The notes below the pieces were generated by a model. That model saw nothing but the letters and a program-made list of their open reading frames with translations. It had not been told where the DNA came from and did not search any database. DNA of 15,218 nt, taken from the NCBI GenBank assembly GCA_046484245.1, contig JAWOBN010000065.1, positions 1-15,218 on the forward strand, in the 5' to 3' direction. Within the stretch, counting starts at the first letter, position 1. The number at the start of each line of letters is the position of its first letter. Of the stretch, positions 1 through 9,275 are shown piece after piece. The stretch is from a bacterium (GTDB taxonomy: Bacteria; Hydrothermota; 32-111). Position numbers and translations under genes: made by a program.

Positions 1-9
1 ATTATCCAT
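1..9 (-). CDS. 5' end of a gene running off the left edge of the window (product unknown)
   Basis: Minus strand reads AGGAGG-A-ATG-ATG-GAT-AAT (RBS at 14-19; ATG at 12 or 9). Upstream promoter-like TTGACT(105-100)-16-TATAAT(83-78). Confidence 0.5.
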
Positions 10-112
10 CATTCCTCCTATCTGTCACTCAAATTGATAATTTACTAAACTTAAACCATATATACTCATAATAAATCATTATAACACATGAAAAATATAA
101 GTCAAACAATCA

Positions 113-151
113 TCCAAATCCCAGGGACAGCCCTTCACATTGTTCACGAAA
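113..151 (+). repeat. Left inverted repeat (TCCAAATCCCAGGGACAGCCCTTCACATTGTTCACGAAA)
   Basis: Manual alignment to the reverse complement of 1001-1039 gives 4 mismatches. Confidence 0.9.
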
Positions 152-162
152 TATGATATAAT
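134..162 (+). promoter_or_regulatory. Putative sigma70 promoter of the transposase, with its -35 inside the left IR
   Basis: TTCACA(134-139)-17 bp-TATAAT(157-162) with extended TG at 154-155; RBS AGGAGG at 176-181. Confidence 0.6.
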
Positions 163-186
163 TATTGATATAAATAGGAGGTTAAT

Positions 187-1008
187 ATGACGAGGGAAGC
201 TCGCCACGATCACAAAGGATACTTTTATCACATCTTTGTAAGGGGGCAGAGAAAGAACCCGTTATTCTTCTCCAATGATGACATGGGTGCATTTGTCAAT
301 ATACTGAAGCAGGTCCTAGATGAAACTGACATAGAACTCCATGCATACTGCCTGATGCGCAATCACTTCCACCTGCTTGTTTACAGGAAAAACACCTCGC
401 TTGCCCAGTTCATGAATAAACTGCTTACAAGATACGCATTGTACTTCAATAACAAGTATGATCTGACAGGCCATGTGTATCAGGGCCGGTTCGGGAGCAA
501 ACCGATACCCAATGAGGAGTTCAATCTGCCCAGGGTGATAAACTATATGCACTATAATCCCGTTGAGGCAGGCATAGTGAATAAAGAAGGTGATTACCCG
601 TTTTCCAGCGCCGCCTTCTATGAAGGCAAGAAGAGCTATATAGAACAGCTGAAGATAGTAGATTATGACAGGAGTATAACAGACAGGGAGTTTAAGACCT
701 ATAAGGACTGCATAGGCACCAAAGAGGAATACAAGAAACTGCTCAAGCGCAAACCGGGCAGAGAGAAGAGCAGGTATAAAGAGAGACGGAGAAAGTCTTT
801 AACAGAATCAATGAAGATCTTACTGGATGAACAGGGATTGACACGTATGGTGTTCTTTAAAAGACGCAGTCCTGAAGAGAAACAGAAGGTTAAACAGATA
901 ATCAAGGCACTTCTTCAGGAGGGTTATAAACAGGCAGATATAGCCAGAGAACTGAAATTAGGCAATTCAACTATACATAAAATGCTCAATTTTGAGAAAC
1001 TTTCGTGA
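187..1008 (+). CDS. REP-associated tyrosine transposase-like (RAYT / Y1_Tnp, HUH) protein with C-terminal helix-turn-helix
   Basis: N-terminal YHIFVRG, HUH motif AYCLMRNHFHLL, GHVYQGRF, catalytic Tyr in NYMHYNPVEAG, YPFSS, and C-terminal HTH-like GYKQADIARELKLGNSTIHKML. Strong RBS. Confidence 0.9.
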   Translation: MTREARHDHKGYFYHIFVRGQRKNPLFFSNDDMGAFVNILKQVLDETDIELHAYCLMRNHFHLLVYRKNTSLAQFMNKLLTRYALYFNNKYDLTGHVYQGRFGSKPIPNEEFNLPRVINYMHYNPVEAGIVNKEGDYPFSSAAFYEGKKSYIEQLKIVDYDRSITDREFKTYKDCIGTKEEYKKLLKRKPGREKSRYKERRRKSLTESMKILLDEQGLTRMVFFKRRSPEEKQKVKQIIKALLQEGYKQADIARELKLGNSTIHKMLNFEKLS

Positions 1009-1039
1009 AAAATATGAAAGGCTGTCCCTGGGAGTTGGA
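1001..1039 (-). repeat. Right inverted repeat (contains the transposase stop codon)
   Basis: TTTCGTGAAAAATATGAAAGGCTGTCCCTGGGAGTTGGA; reverse complement is 35/39 identical to 113-151. Confidence 0.9.
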
Positions 1040-1047
1040 AGAAGTTT

Positions 1048-1869
1048 TTATGGGAATTGGGGGATTAGGCGTCTGCCGCGGGCTTCTTTGGCAGGCGAAT
1101 TGTCAAATACCTCTGTGATATGATAGACAACAGTTATAAACTCTCTGTTGAAATCACCGTGGAAATAACTGTGTATCAGATTGGTGTATTCAATGAGTTT
1201 TGACTGATACTCAGTGAGAGCCGGATTTTCGGGATGATACATTGCAGCTACTGCCTTTAATTCATAGGACGGTATGTCCAGAAAGACAATGGCAACCTTC
1301 GGATTGAGCATCTGATTGATGAATGTACCTGTCTCAAAGCCCTTCCCTGAATACAGTTCCAGGGATACAAGCTTGTCTTTTGCAAAGAATTCATCAATAT
1401 TATCATAGAGTTCTTCCAGTACAGAAAGTTTCTCTTCCATGCTGTAATCATAGGTTTCTTTGAGCAGTGTGAGCAGTGAATCAATGCTATCCTCTCCGGG
1501 GCAATACCCCATGCCCTTAACTGCATTATTGATCTTATACTGTGTATCATTGCGTTTAGCCCCGCAAGTGGCAACAATTCCATTATGGGGACCTGCAAAT
1601 GAAGGCATGATGCCGGAGCGTATGTCACTCAGTGTCTTTTTCCGCCTCTTCACACTCCACTCAATGAATGCGTCCGGGAGATCAGCCAGATGATACTCCT
1701 GCTCTTCATTATCAATTATTACTATTACAGTGCTGTCACGGACATCAACATTACTCTGGACAAAATAATCATTCTTCCAGAATTCATTTTCTGATTTCAA
1801 ATCAGCCTCCCCGGCATATGTTACAATTGTATTTATCATGAATATAATCAGAAAGACAGTGGTTCTCAT
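1048..1869 (-). CDS. Exported hypothetical protein, possibly pyridoxamine-5'-phosphate-oxidase-like (split-barrel) fold
   Basis: 273-aa ORF with RBS (GAGGGG) and N-terminal signal-like hydrophobic segment. Segments TFINQMLNPKVAIVF...SYELKA and ITEVFDNSP resemble split-barrel FMN-binding families; fold call is tentative. Confidence 0.65.
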   Translation of the reverse strand: MRTTVFLIIFMINTIVTYAGEADLKSENEFWKNDYFVQSNVDVRDSTVIVIIDNEEQEYHLADLPDAFIEWSVKRRKKTLSDIRSGIMPSFAGPHNGIVATCGAKRNDTQYKINNAVKGMGYCPGEDSIDSLLTLLKETYDYSMEEKLSVLEELYDNIDEFFAKDKLVSLELYSGKGFETGTFINQMLNPKVAIVFLDIPSYELKAVAAMYHPENPALTEYQSKLIEYTNLIHSYFHGDFNREFITVVYHITEVFDNSPAKEARGRRLIPQFP

Positions 1870-1882
1870 ATTTTCCCCCTCT

Positions 1883-3256
1883 TTATTTTATTGGCAGATA
1901 CACAGTGAAACTGCTTCCCTTTTCCGGATAAGAATTAATATCAACAAAACCATTATGCGATTTCACAATACCGTATGCTGCAGGCAGTCCCATGCCTGTT
2001 GAAGGTGTCTTGCTGTCCAGAGAATAGAATGGCTCCAAAATCCTCTTCATTGTCTGCTTGTTCATACCGCGCCCATTATCCCTGACAGTTATTGTTATGT
2101 ACCTGCCCGGTTTGATCCTGTCAGGAGGATAAGCCACAGTTATGATCTTCTTGACTATTCTGTTCTCTGATATGAACTCAACTTTCCCGCCATTTTCAAC
2201 AGCACTCACTGCATTAATTCCCAGTCCGGCAAATACATTCTCTATTTCCCCGTAATTGCATAGAAAGACACTGTCTTCAGCCCTGAAGTCAGTCAAGATA
2301 TTGACACTGTCAGGTGTATTCTTCTCAAGCATTTTGATCACATCATTGATAACAGCATGAACATCATGCATCTCTCTTCTGTGGCTCCCCTTCCTTGCAA
2401 ATGCAAGCAGTTTACCGGTCATATCACTGATGCCTATGGCTGCATTGAGTATATTGTTCAGATCCTTTTTTATATGCTCATTTTCTATTTGCTCTTCCAG
2501 TGTCTCGGCACTGAGTATTATGGAGGTAAGTTTATCATTGAAATCATGTGCAATACCGCCTGCAAGATTACTGACGGACTTCATTCTTTCGGAATTCCGG
2601 ATAAAATTCTCCATATCCCTCTTCCTTGATATGGGATTGATTATCTCTATTATCTTTACTGTATTGCCCTCTTCATCCTTTATGGGTGTGAGATATGTTT
2701 CAACAATTGCTTCCCTGCCATTCCTTGTCATAAGTATTTTCCGCTCTGTATGCTGGTCCGTCTGACCTGTTATAAGTGACTTGAACCACCGGACGCATCT
2801 CTGCTTATCTCCGGGGTGGATGGTATCAGGATATTTGAGTCTCACTATCTCATCATTGCGGTAATCCAGTATTTCAAGATACTTCCTGTTCGCGGAAATA
2901 TAGTCACTGTCCCGGTTGAAAACAGCAATGCCCATGAATGTATTGTTGAATATCTTCTCAAATTGATTCTTTGACCTCTCTGTCTCTTCTTCAACCTTTG
3001 TCTTAAGGAGATCGTAAATCAGTATGCCCATGATGAGAGGAAGGAGTATGTCTGTGAAATCCTCCAGTCTGTCCAGTCCGGCATATAAGCCGCTCCACTC
3101 AAGCGCATTGCTCACTGTAACAAAAAGCAGCAACAGGAAAATGACAAGCAGTAAGCCGTAATGACTCTTCTTTTCCGATACCAGTATGAGGTATAAAGAC
3201 AGCACGAATCCCGAAACAGCGCATACCAGACCGACAATACTAAATATCAGCACCAT
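1883..3256 (-). CDS. Membrane-bound PAS-domain sensor histidine kinase (no receiver domain)
   Basis: About 3 N-terminal TM segments; PAS (IFNNTFMGIAV...IHPGD); H-box LAGGIAHDFND; N-box GINAVSA; G1 VRDNGRGM; F-box LEPFYS; G2 TGMGL. Confidence 0.92.
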   Translation of the reverse strand: MVLIFSIVGLVCAVSGFVLSLYLILVSEKKSHYGLLLVIFLLLLFVTVSNALEWSGLYAGLDRLEDFTDILLPLIMGILIYDLLKTKVEEETERSKNQFEKIFNNTFMGIAVFNRDSDYISANRKYLEILDYRNDEIVRLKYPDTIHPGDKQRCVRWFKSLITGQTDQHTERKILMTRNGREAIVETYLTPIKDEEGNTVKIIEIINPISRKRDMENFIRNSERMKSVSNLAGGIAHDFNDKLTSIILSAETLEEQIENEHIKKDLNNILNAAIGISDMTGKLLAFARKGSHRREMHDVHAVINDVIKMLEKNTPDSVNILTDFRAEDSVFLCNYGEIENVFAGLGINAVSAVENGGKVEFISENRIVKKIITVAYPPDRIKPGRYITITVRDNGRGMNKQTMKRILEPFYSLDSKTPSTGMGLPAAYGIVKSHNGFVDINSYPEKGSSFTVYLPIK

Positions 3257-3530
3257 TTTTGTTCTTCCTATTGTGAATAGTTCTCATAATCAGCCAGACA
3301 AGCAGTGTCACCGCACCTGCCATATAAAAGAAATGCTCCAGTATATTGAAATATGTCTCCCAGACAAAACCCTCCATTATTGTGAAAATATTGGCAATAA
3401 AGAATATTATGACTGCACTGAGCAGTACACCCTTGTATTTTAATAAGGAAAAACGCTTTCTATAGAGCAGTATTATCAATATAATCAGAAGATATATTAT
3501 AATGGATAGGATTTCACTTTCTTCAATCAT
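3240..3530 (-). CDS. Small 3-TM membrane protein
   Basis: 96 aa with three hydrophobic stretches and a basic C-tail; overlaps the kinase start by 17 nt. Confidence 0.75.
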   Translation of the reverse strand: MIEESEILSIIIYLLIILIILLYRKRFSLLKYKGVLLSAVIIFFIANIFTIMEGFVWETYFNILEHFFYMAGAVTLLVWLIMRTIHNRKNKNGADI

Positions 3531-3537
3531 TATTTAT

Positions 3538-3566
3538 TTGATACCACAATAATATGATTATGTCAA
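3538..3566 (-). promoter_or_regulatory. Putative sigma70 promoter for the membrane protein/kinase unit
   Basis: TTGACA(3566-3561)-17-TATCAA(3543-3538) with extended TG; 7 nt to the ATG. Confidence 0.45.
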
Positions 3567-3659
3567 TATTAACAATTATATATTACAATATTTAATTATC
3601 CGTTACGTCTGCATATATTTATCTGTTTTGAGTAAATCAACAATAAAAGAAGAATAAAC

Positions 3660-3687
3660 TTGACAGCAGCATTTTTTTTTCTAAAAT
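3660..3687 (+). promoter_or_regulatory. Putative sigma70 promoter for tdh-kbl
   Basis: TTGACA(3660-3665)-16-TAAAAT(3682-3687). Confidence 0.6.
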
Positions 3688-3716
3688 GGTAAATTAAAAC
3701 AAACAAGGAAGGATCT

Positions 3717-4676
3717 ATGAAAAGGATTTTAGTTACAGGAGCAGTCGGACAAATAGGCAGCGAACTTACAATGGAACTGAGAAAGAGGCACGGGGGTGAG
3801 AATGTTATTGGAACAGGTCACAGAACAGAACCCTCTGATGAACTGAGGAATTCCGGTCCCTTTGAATTCATGGAGATCAGGGATTATGATGCTGTAAAGA
3901 AGGTGATTGATAAATACGATATCGGCATTATTTACCATCTTGCAGCAATACTCTCTGCAGTCGGTGAATCAAAGCCGCAACTATGCTGGGATGTCAATGT
4001 CAATGGACTGTACAATATACTGGAAGTTGCCAGGGAGAATGAATGTGCGGTTTTCACACCTTCATCAATCGGCGCATTCGGTCCATCCACACCTGCGGAC
4101 AATACTCCCCAGGACACCATACAGAGACCCACATCAATGTACGGAGTCACAAAAGTATCCGGTGAACTGCTCTGCGATTACTATTATAAGCGCTTCAATG
4201 TGGATACAAGGGGTGTGCGTTATCCGGGACTTATATCCCATGTCACTGAACCGGGCGGCGGTACAACTGATTATGCTGTTGAGATATACTATGAGGCATT
4301 GAAGAATAAGAGCTACACATGCCCTTTGAGAGAAGACACATCACTTGATATGATGTATATGCCTGACGGCATCAAAGCAGCAGTGGATTTAATGGATGCA
4401 GACCCGTCATCACTGGTGCACAGGAATGCATTCAATGTAACAGCAATGAACTTCACGCCTGAGCAGATAGCTGATTCAATCAGAAAGCATATTCCGGGAT
4501 TTGAGATTGAATATGATGTGGACAAGACAAAACAGTCAATAGCTGATTCATGGCCCAATTATATGGATGACTCTGCAGCAAGAGAAGAATGGGGCTGGGA
4601 CCCGGAGTATGATCTTGACAAAATGACTGAGGATATGCTTAGCAATCTTTCAAGAAAACTCAATATTAATTTATAA
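3717..4676 (+). CDS. tdh: L-threonine 3-dehydrogenase, SDR (NAD-dependent epimerase/dehydratase) type
   Basis: ILVTGAVGQIG Rossmann motif, HLAAILSA, PSSIGAFG, YGVTK (YxxxK), PGGGTTDYAV, IADSWP; adjacent to kbl. Confidence 0.9.
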   Translation: MKRILVTGAVGQIGSELTMELRKRHGGENVIGTGHRTEPSDELRNSGPFEFMEIRDYDAVKKVIDKYDIGIIYHLAAILSAVGESKPQLCWDVNVNGLYNILEVARENECAVFTPSSIGAFGPSTPADNTPQDTIQRPTSMYGVTKVSGELLCDYYYKRFNVDTRGVRYPGLISHVTEPGGGTTDYAVEIYYEALKNKSYTCPLREDTSLDMMYMPDGIKAAVDLMDADPSSLVHRNAFNVTAMNFTPEQIADSIRKHIPGFEIEYDVDKTKQSIADSWPNYMDDSAAREEWGWDPEYDLDKMTEDMLSNLSRKLNINL

Positions 4677-4688
4677 TAAGGAGCAATT

Positions 4689-5918
4689 ATGGCAATGGAT
4701 AAACTCAATAAGGTTCTTAAAGACAATGTCAGGGAACTTGAAGAGAAAGGTACTGCCAAAGGTGCTGAAATGGTCATTACAGGTGTCAAATCCGCAGAGA
4801 ATGAGTATGGTCCCCGTTTTTTCGTAGAAGGATACGGAGACAAAGAGTTTCTTAAAATGAATGCCAATTCATACCTCGGTCTCTCACTGAGAGAGGATAT
4901 GATTGAAGCAGAGGAGAATGCGGCAAAGGAATTCGGAGTCGGACCCGGTGCAGTGCGTTTCATATCAGGCACATACAAACCGCACATTGAACTTGAAAAG
5001 AGGCTTGCGGATTTTCACGGAAAGGAAGCAGGCATGATATTCTCATCCGCCTATGTGACAAGCATGGGTGTACTTGTCCCGCTTATCAACAAGGAGACAT
5101 TTGTTATCAGTGATGAGCTGAATCATAACTGCATAATTAATGCCATACGCCTTTCCAGGCCTGCAGGCAAAGACATATACAAACACAATGACACTGAGGA
5201 CCTCAAAAGAGCAATCAATGATGCAAAAGGCAAAGCCAAGAGGGTTATAGTTGTTACAGACGGTATATTCTCAATGAGAGGCGACCATGCCCCGCTTGAC
5301 CGTATTGTTGACATATGCAAGGAACATGACAGTGATTTTGAAGAGGGTATTACAACAGTTGTTGATGATTCACACGGAGTAGGCGCATTCGGAGACACAG
5401 GCAGGGGAACAGAGGAATACACGGGATGCAAAGTGGATATACTCATAGGCACACTGGGCAAGGCATTCGGCGTCAATGGCGGTTATGTTGCAACAACCCG
5501 GGCTGTTGTTGATTATCTGCGCGAAACAGCTCCTATGTATATATACTCAAACCCCATTACTGTTTCCGAGGCAAGTGCCGCAGTCAAGGCAATAGACATA
5601 CTGGACAGTGATGAGGGCAGAAACATATTGAAGCATCTACGCGCAATGACATCAAAGTTTGAGAATGGGCTGAAAGAACTCGGGTTTGAGACAATTGAGG
5701 GTGAGCACCCTGTGGTGCCCCTTATGGTGAGAGACACACCAAAGACAGCTGCAATAGTAAAGCATCTCACGGAGAATGGTGTGCTTGCAACCGGACTTAA
5801 TTATCCTGTTGTGCCCAAGGGTGATGAAGAGATCAGATTCCAGATATCCGGTTCGCACACTGAAGCGGATATTGATTATGCCTTGAAGATTCTGAAGGAA
5901 TACAGGGACAATCAGTAA
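4689..5918 (+). CDS. kbl: 2-amino-3-ketobutyrate CoA ligase (glycine C-acetyltransferase), PLP-dependent
   Basis: NANSYLGL, GAVRFISGT, SDELNHNCII, TDGIFSMRGD, DDSHGVG, GTLGKAFG (PLP lysine), YIYSN, IRFQIS; coupled to tdh. Confidence 0.9.
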   Translation: MAMDKLNKVLKDNVRELEEKGTAKGAEMVITGVKSAENEYGPRFFVEGYGDKEFLKMNANSYLGLSLREDMIEAEENAAKEFGVGPGAVRFISGTYKPHIELEKRLADFHGKEAGMIFSSAYVTSMGVLVPLINKETFVISDELNHNCIINAIRLSRPAGKDIYKHNDTEDLKRAINDAKGKAKRVIVVTDGIFSMRGDHAPLDRIVDICKEHDSDFEEGITTVVDDSHGVGAFGDTGRGTEEYTGCKVDILIGTLGKAFGVNGGYVATTRAVVDYLRETAPMYIYSNPITVSEASAAVKAIDILDSDEGRNILKHLRAMTSKFENGLKELGFETIEGEHPVVPLMVRDTPKTAAIVKHLTENGVLATGLNYPVVPKGDEEIRFQISGSHTEADIDYALKILKEYRDNQ

Positions 5919-5927
5919 CAGATACAA

Positions 5928-5955
5928 TAAAGAGCGGGCTTTAAGCCCGCTCTTA
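5928..5955. terminator. Hairpin between convergent genes, likely bidirectional intrinsic terminator
   Basis: AAGAGCGGGCT-TTA-AGCCCGCTCTT, a perfect 11-bp stem (5930-5954). Confidence 0.75.
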
Positions 5956-8085
5956 GAATTCCTTTCTCAAATCAATGCCTGCAGTGAAATAATTCATATA
6001 GGAGTCATTGTCCGATATGAGGTATATATTCTTCAAATTGATATCAAAATGAGCAAATGAGTATTCTAAAGGCACATTTAGCCCAATATCCCATCTGTTG
6101 CTCCCGTCAGTTTCATCTTGAATAATATCTGTTCTTGATAGATGCGCATACCTCAGGGATGTATTTATTTTAATCTGTTCATTTATACTGTAGTGGACAC
6201 CCAAACCGCAGCCAATACGTCTCCGGCCTGAGGTATAATAATCACTGAGCAGCAGTGAATAATCGGCAGACAAAGCCAGTGTCGGCAATAATCCTGTTCT
6301 CACATATCCTCTGTGTGCAAATATGTCGGCACTGACAGAATCCATCTCTGTATTGAATGTATTCTGCATAATACTGAGGGCAAATTTCACATCCCTCTCC
6401 CCGATATATACTGTATGGTCAATGCCTGCTGACAGTTTTATTATATCGGACGCATTATCATCTTCACTGTTTTGGATAAAATGCCCGAAACTGATAATGA
6501 TTGAGGGCACTGCAGGCTTACTGTATTCAAATCCGGCTGAATAATAATGATTCGGTGCTGTGTTTGCCGGCAGAAACATACTGTACCGGGAATTCAATGA
6601 AACACTGCTCCCGGGAAACAGCACATTTATATCACCGTCAATATCATAGTAGTCATTGTGAGCAAAGGGTAATCCGAGTGATATGTAGCGGGGTGCATAA
6701 TATATAATGCGCGCCCCTGTGCGAAGCCTTTCCCCTGTATAAGAGGAATGGAGCATATACGAGAGAGCATCCCGGGCATTAAAGGAATCAAGCGTTATCT
6801 CAGGAAATGCAAACAGAGAGGGTCTTACACTGCTCCGGATAAATGATACTGCCGCCTTGCCCCCTAATCTGAATCTGCTCTCCATTAGAGAAATGCCCGC
6901 ATCAATATCTGCAGTGAGATTGCTGTTATTGCTGCTGAGATTATTGATGAATCTGTTGACAGATATTTCAAAGTCATAGATATGTGAATAAGACCTCAGA
7001 GCATATCTGTTCAGTGTGAGGGAGTACTCATCATTACTCTGATTTACAGTATGATTATACGGGTCTGAAGAAGAGTATGAAGCATCTGCTTCAATATGGG
7101 GCAAGCTGACAATAGCCCTGACCCCTCTGAGAGGCGACTGCATTGTAAGCGGTTCATCAATATAGTAATCACCTGCCCTGACAGTGAAATGGGGGACTGA
7201 CATCTCTGCATTAGCACTGTATATATGATTCAAATTACCGGTTAAAAGATAAGCAGCTGCCAATGAATAATTTATCATACCCGAGTGTCCGTAAAGATAG
7301 AGTTGGTCAACTGACCTTAAACCGTGTTCATAACCATTGCCGGAGTACAGGGAATATTCAGCACTGAGACCCGCGAATCCGCCAATGACATTGACGGATG
7401 ACTTTTCAACAACAATAAAATATTCTTCCACTCTCTTCTCATTGTCAATATAGACAACAATAGAGCCCCTGCCTGTCGCCATTCTTTTCTCGGGTATATA
7501 AAGAATAGTATTACCTGTCTCCATGCAGTCATCTGTCACATCTTTCTCATTGATCAGTACTCGGAGACGGTCATAATCACCCTCAACAAAAACAGCTGCC
7601 ATAAAATCATCCGCCCTCACTTCTTTCTCTCTGCGCGGATATATCAGCTCAACATCATAATTCCAGAAATCCTCACTCTTTATGACTTTAACCCTGTTTT
7701 TCATCCTGTCTGCAACTGACAATGGATATATCTCAACAGACCTGTCTTTCATTATAATCTCAAAATAGTAATAGAATGCCTCTTCAGGCAGACTGTCATA
7801 ATCAACAAAGCATGTAAGGAGATTATCCTCAATATCCATTGAGAATGAAAGAATACTGTCCCTCTCAATTGTGCGGAGCACCAGTTCCGCATCCTCAATA
7901 CCGGCAAACCCGCTCTTGACCATAGCCACTATATTGAGGTCTTCACCCGGATATATCTCTTCTATGTCAGCATAGTCCAGTTCAATACCTTCAGCAGCTG
8001 TAAAGATAAACATGCAAATTGTAAACAGTATTGTTCTAATCAATAAGTATCTCCAGTATTCTTGTATTTCCGCTTTCATCCTCAA
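5953..8085 (-). CDS. Large exported / probable outer-membrane beta-barrel protein of unknown function (true start may be TTG at 8043)
   Basis: 710-aa ORF with a signal-like segment, beta-rich N-terminal domains, alternating aromatic/hydrophobic strands in the C-terminal two thirds, and terminal Phe. Confidence 0.7.
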   Translation of the reverse strand: MRMKAEIQEYWRYLLIRTILFTICMFIFTAAEGIELDYADIEEIYPGEDLNIVAMVKSGFAGIEDAELVLRTIERDSILSFSMDIEDNLLTCFVDYDSLPEEAFYYYFEIIMKDRSVEIYPLSVADRMKNRVKVIKSEDFWNYDVELIYPRREKEVRADDFMAAVFVEGDYDRLRVLINEKDVTDDCMETGNTILYIPEKRMATGRGSIVVYIDNEKRVEEYFIVVEKSSVNVIGGFAGLSAEYSLYSGNGYEHGLRSVDQLYLYGHSGMINYSLAAAYLLTGNLNHIYSANAEMSVPHFTVRAGDYYIDEPLTMQSPLRGVRAIVSLPHIEADASYSSSDPYNHTVNQSNDEYSLTLNRYALRSYSHIYDFEISVNRFINNLSSNNSNLTADIDAGISLMESRFRLGGKAAVSFIRSSVRPSLFAFPEITLDSFNARDALSYMLHSSYTGERLRTGARIIYYAPRYISLGLPFAHNDYYDIDGDINVLFPGSSVSLNSRYSMFLPANTAPNHYYSAGFEYSKPAVPSIIISFGHFIQNSEDDNASDIIKLSAGIDHTVYIGERDVKFALSIMQNTFNTEMDSVSADIFAHRGYVRTGLLPTLALSADYSLLLSDYYTSGRRRIGCGLGVHYSINEQIKINTSLRYAHLSRTDIIQDETDGSNRWDIGLNVPLEYSFAHFDINLKNIYLISDNDSYMNYFTAGIDLRKEF

Positions 8086-8653
8086 ATTCTATTTCCACTA
8101 TATTGTGCTCATCCCCCAATACATCGGTCTCGGGGATCACATCAAGCACCTTTGCCGGCATCCTGTCTTGATACAATTCAATGACCTCACCTTTTCCGGC
8201 ACTTGCCTGCCCTTCACTGTTTGCAGCAGACAATTCACCCTCCATACAGTATATGCGGGAGGCATTATCCCTAAGGGCAATACTGAGAACAGAACTGCCT
8301 GTGCGTATAATGCCCTGAGGTGTTTCAATAATGAATGTGTTCTCCCCTGTTTCTGCAAACATCATGCCTCTATCTAATGCAATAGCTGTGATATCATCAG
8401 TGAAGTCCGTCTCCACTATAAGGCGGGTGGACGGCATTATCCTGAGGAATGCACTGTTGAGCATGATGAACTCGGCATATGAACCGGGCTTTGAATTGAT
8501 TGTATCACCGGGCGATATGATAGTGCCTTTCAGAGGATTATCTATACCCGACAGATGAATCTCTCCCTTTATATTTACAATTATGCCTGATTCACTGCCC
8601 ATTATCAGAAGGGAGAAAATAAGGAATGCCCAAAGAATGAGTGTTTTTCTCAT
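8036..8653 (-). CDS. FecR-domain exported protein
   Basis: Signal peptide; GDTINSKPGSYAEFIM...LRIMPST, LDRGMMF, FIIETPQGII, IYCMEGEL typical of FecR beta-domains. Confidence 0.8.
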   Translation of the reverse strand: MRKTLILWAFLIFSLLIMGSESGIIVNIKGEIHLSGIDNPLKGTIISPGDTINSKPGSYAEFIMLNSAFLRIMPSTRLIVETDFTDDITAIALDRGMMFAETGENTFIIETPQGIIRTGSSVLSIALRDNASRIYCMEGELSAANSEGQASAGKGEVIELYQDRMPAKVLDVIPETDVLGDEHNIVEIEFEDESGNTRILEILID

Positions 8654-8654
8654 A

Positions 8655-9275
8655 TTACTTTATCCTCACTGTTATCCGCCTGCCTTTCTGCTTGGCACTA
8701 TTGATAAGCTTTATAATGTCTTCCGGGTCTGACTCCAGTCCATTTATCTTCACTGTGCCTGTAGGCAGAAATCCCATGATGCCCAGTTCCTTTAAGGCAG
8801 TATTATCCTCAAATAGATGGGTGAGTATTTGGGAAATAGATTTTGATGAATAATTTTTTATCATTGAACCGGCAATCTTGAAATAAAAGACCCTGCTCCT
8901 CAGCGGAGGACTCTGTTTTGTCTCAATGAACCACGCATAGGTTTTCCCCCTCTCCAGAATGGTATTGAGGGGCAGTTGATAGTAATGTAGGCCGGAGACA
9001 TCTGCCGAGAAATCCGGCTGTGTCATGTAAATGGAATGTTCATTGAGCAATATCCGCTCTTTCACCTCAACTATTTTCAATACAGATGAATCGCATGATT
9101 CAAAGAAGAAAACAGGATTGTCCAAAATGGTCTTTTCGGGAAAGCTCTCATTGCCGGGATAGTATATATTCACCTTACTGCTGAAGATTGATGTTTCTGA
9201 CGGAAAAACAGACAGACAAAGTGTGAGGAAAATGATTGCAGCAGATACTAATCTGATAAATCTCTGCATAAACAC
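8655..9275 (-). CDS. Exported hypothetical protein
   Basis: 206 aa with signal peptide and LERGKTYAWFI (Fn3/DUF928-like strand motif); start overlaps the GNAT stop, and the stop is 1 nt from the FecR start. Confidence 0.7.
   Translation of the reverse strand: MFMQRFIRLVSAAIIFLTLCLSVFPSETSIFSSKVNIYYPGNESFPEKTILDNPVFFFESCDSSVLKIVEVKERILLNEHSIYMTQPDFSADVSGLHYYQLPLNTILERGKTYAWFIETKQSPPLRSRVFYFKIAGSMIKNYSSKSISQILTHLFEDNTALKELGIMGFLPTGTVKINGLESDPEDIIKLINSAKQKGRRITVRIK

Larger units (their letters stand above)
113..1039 (+). mobile_element. Putative mobile unit: RAYT-like Y1 transposase gene bounded by 39-bp imperfect inverted repeats
   Basis: 113-151 matches the reverse complement of 1001-1039 at 35/39 positions. 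A single HUH transposase ORF lies between them. No obvious target-site duplication. Confidence 0.7.

Noticed and set aside
187..1008. Canonical IS200/IS605 TnpA with TnpB
   Set aside because: The protein is longer, with RAYT-type motifs and an HTH; there is no tnpB, and the ends are long IRs.
316..8853. Other small alternative-frame ORFs overlapping the main CDSs
   Set aside because: They are contained within, or almost entirely overlap, well-supported genes and have no recognisable motifs.
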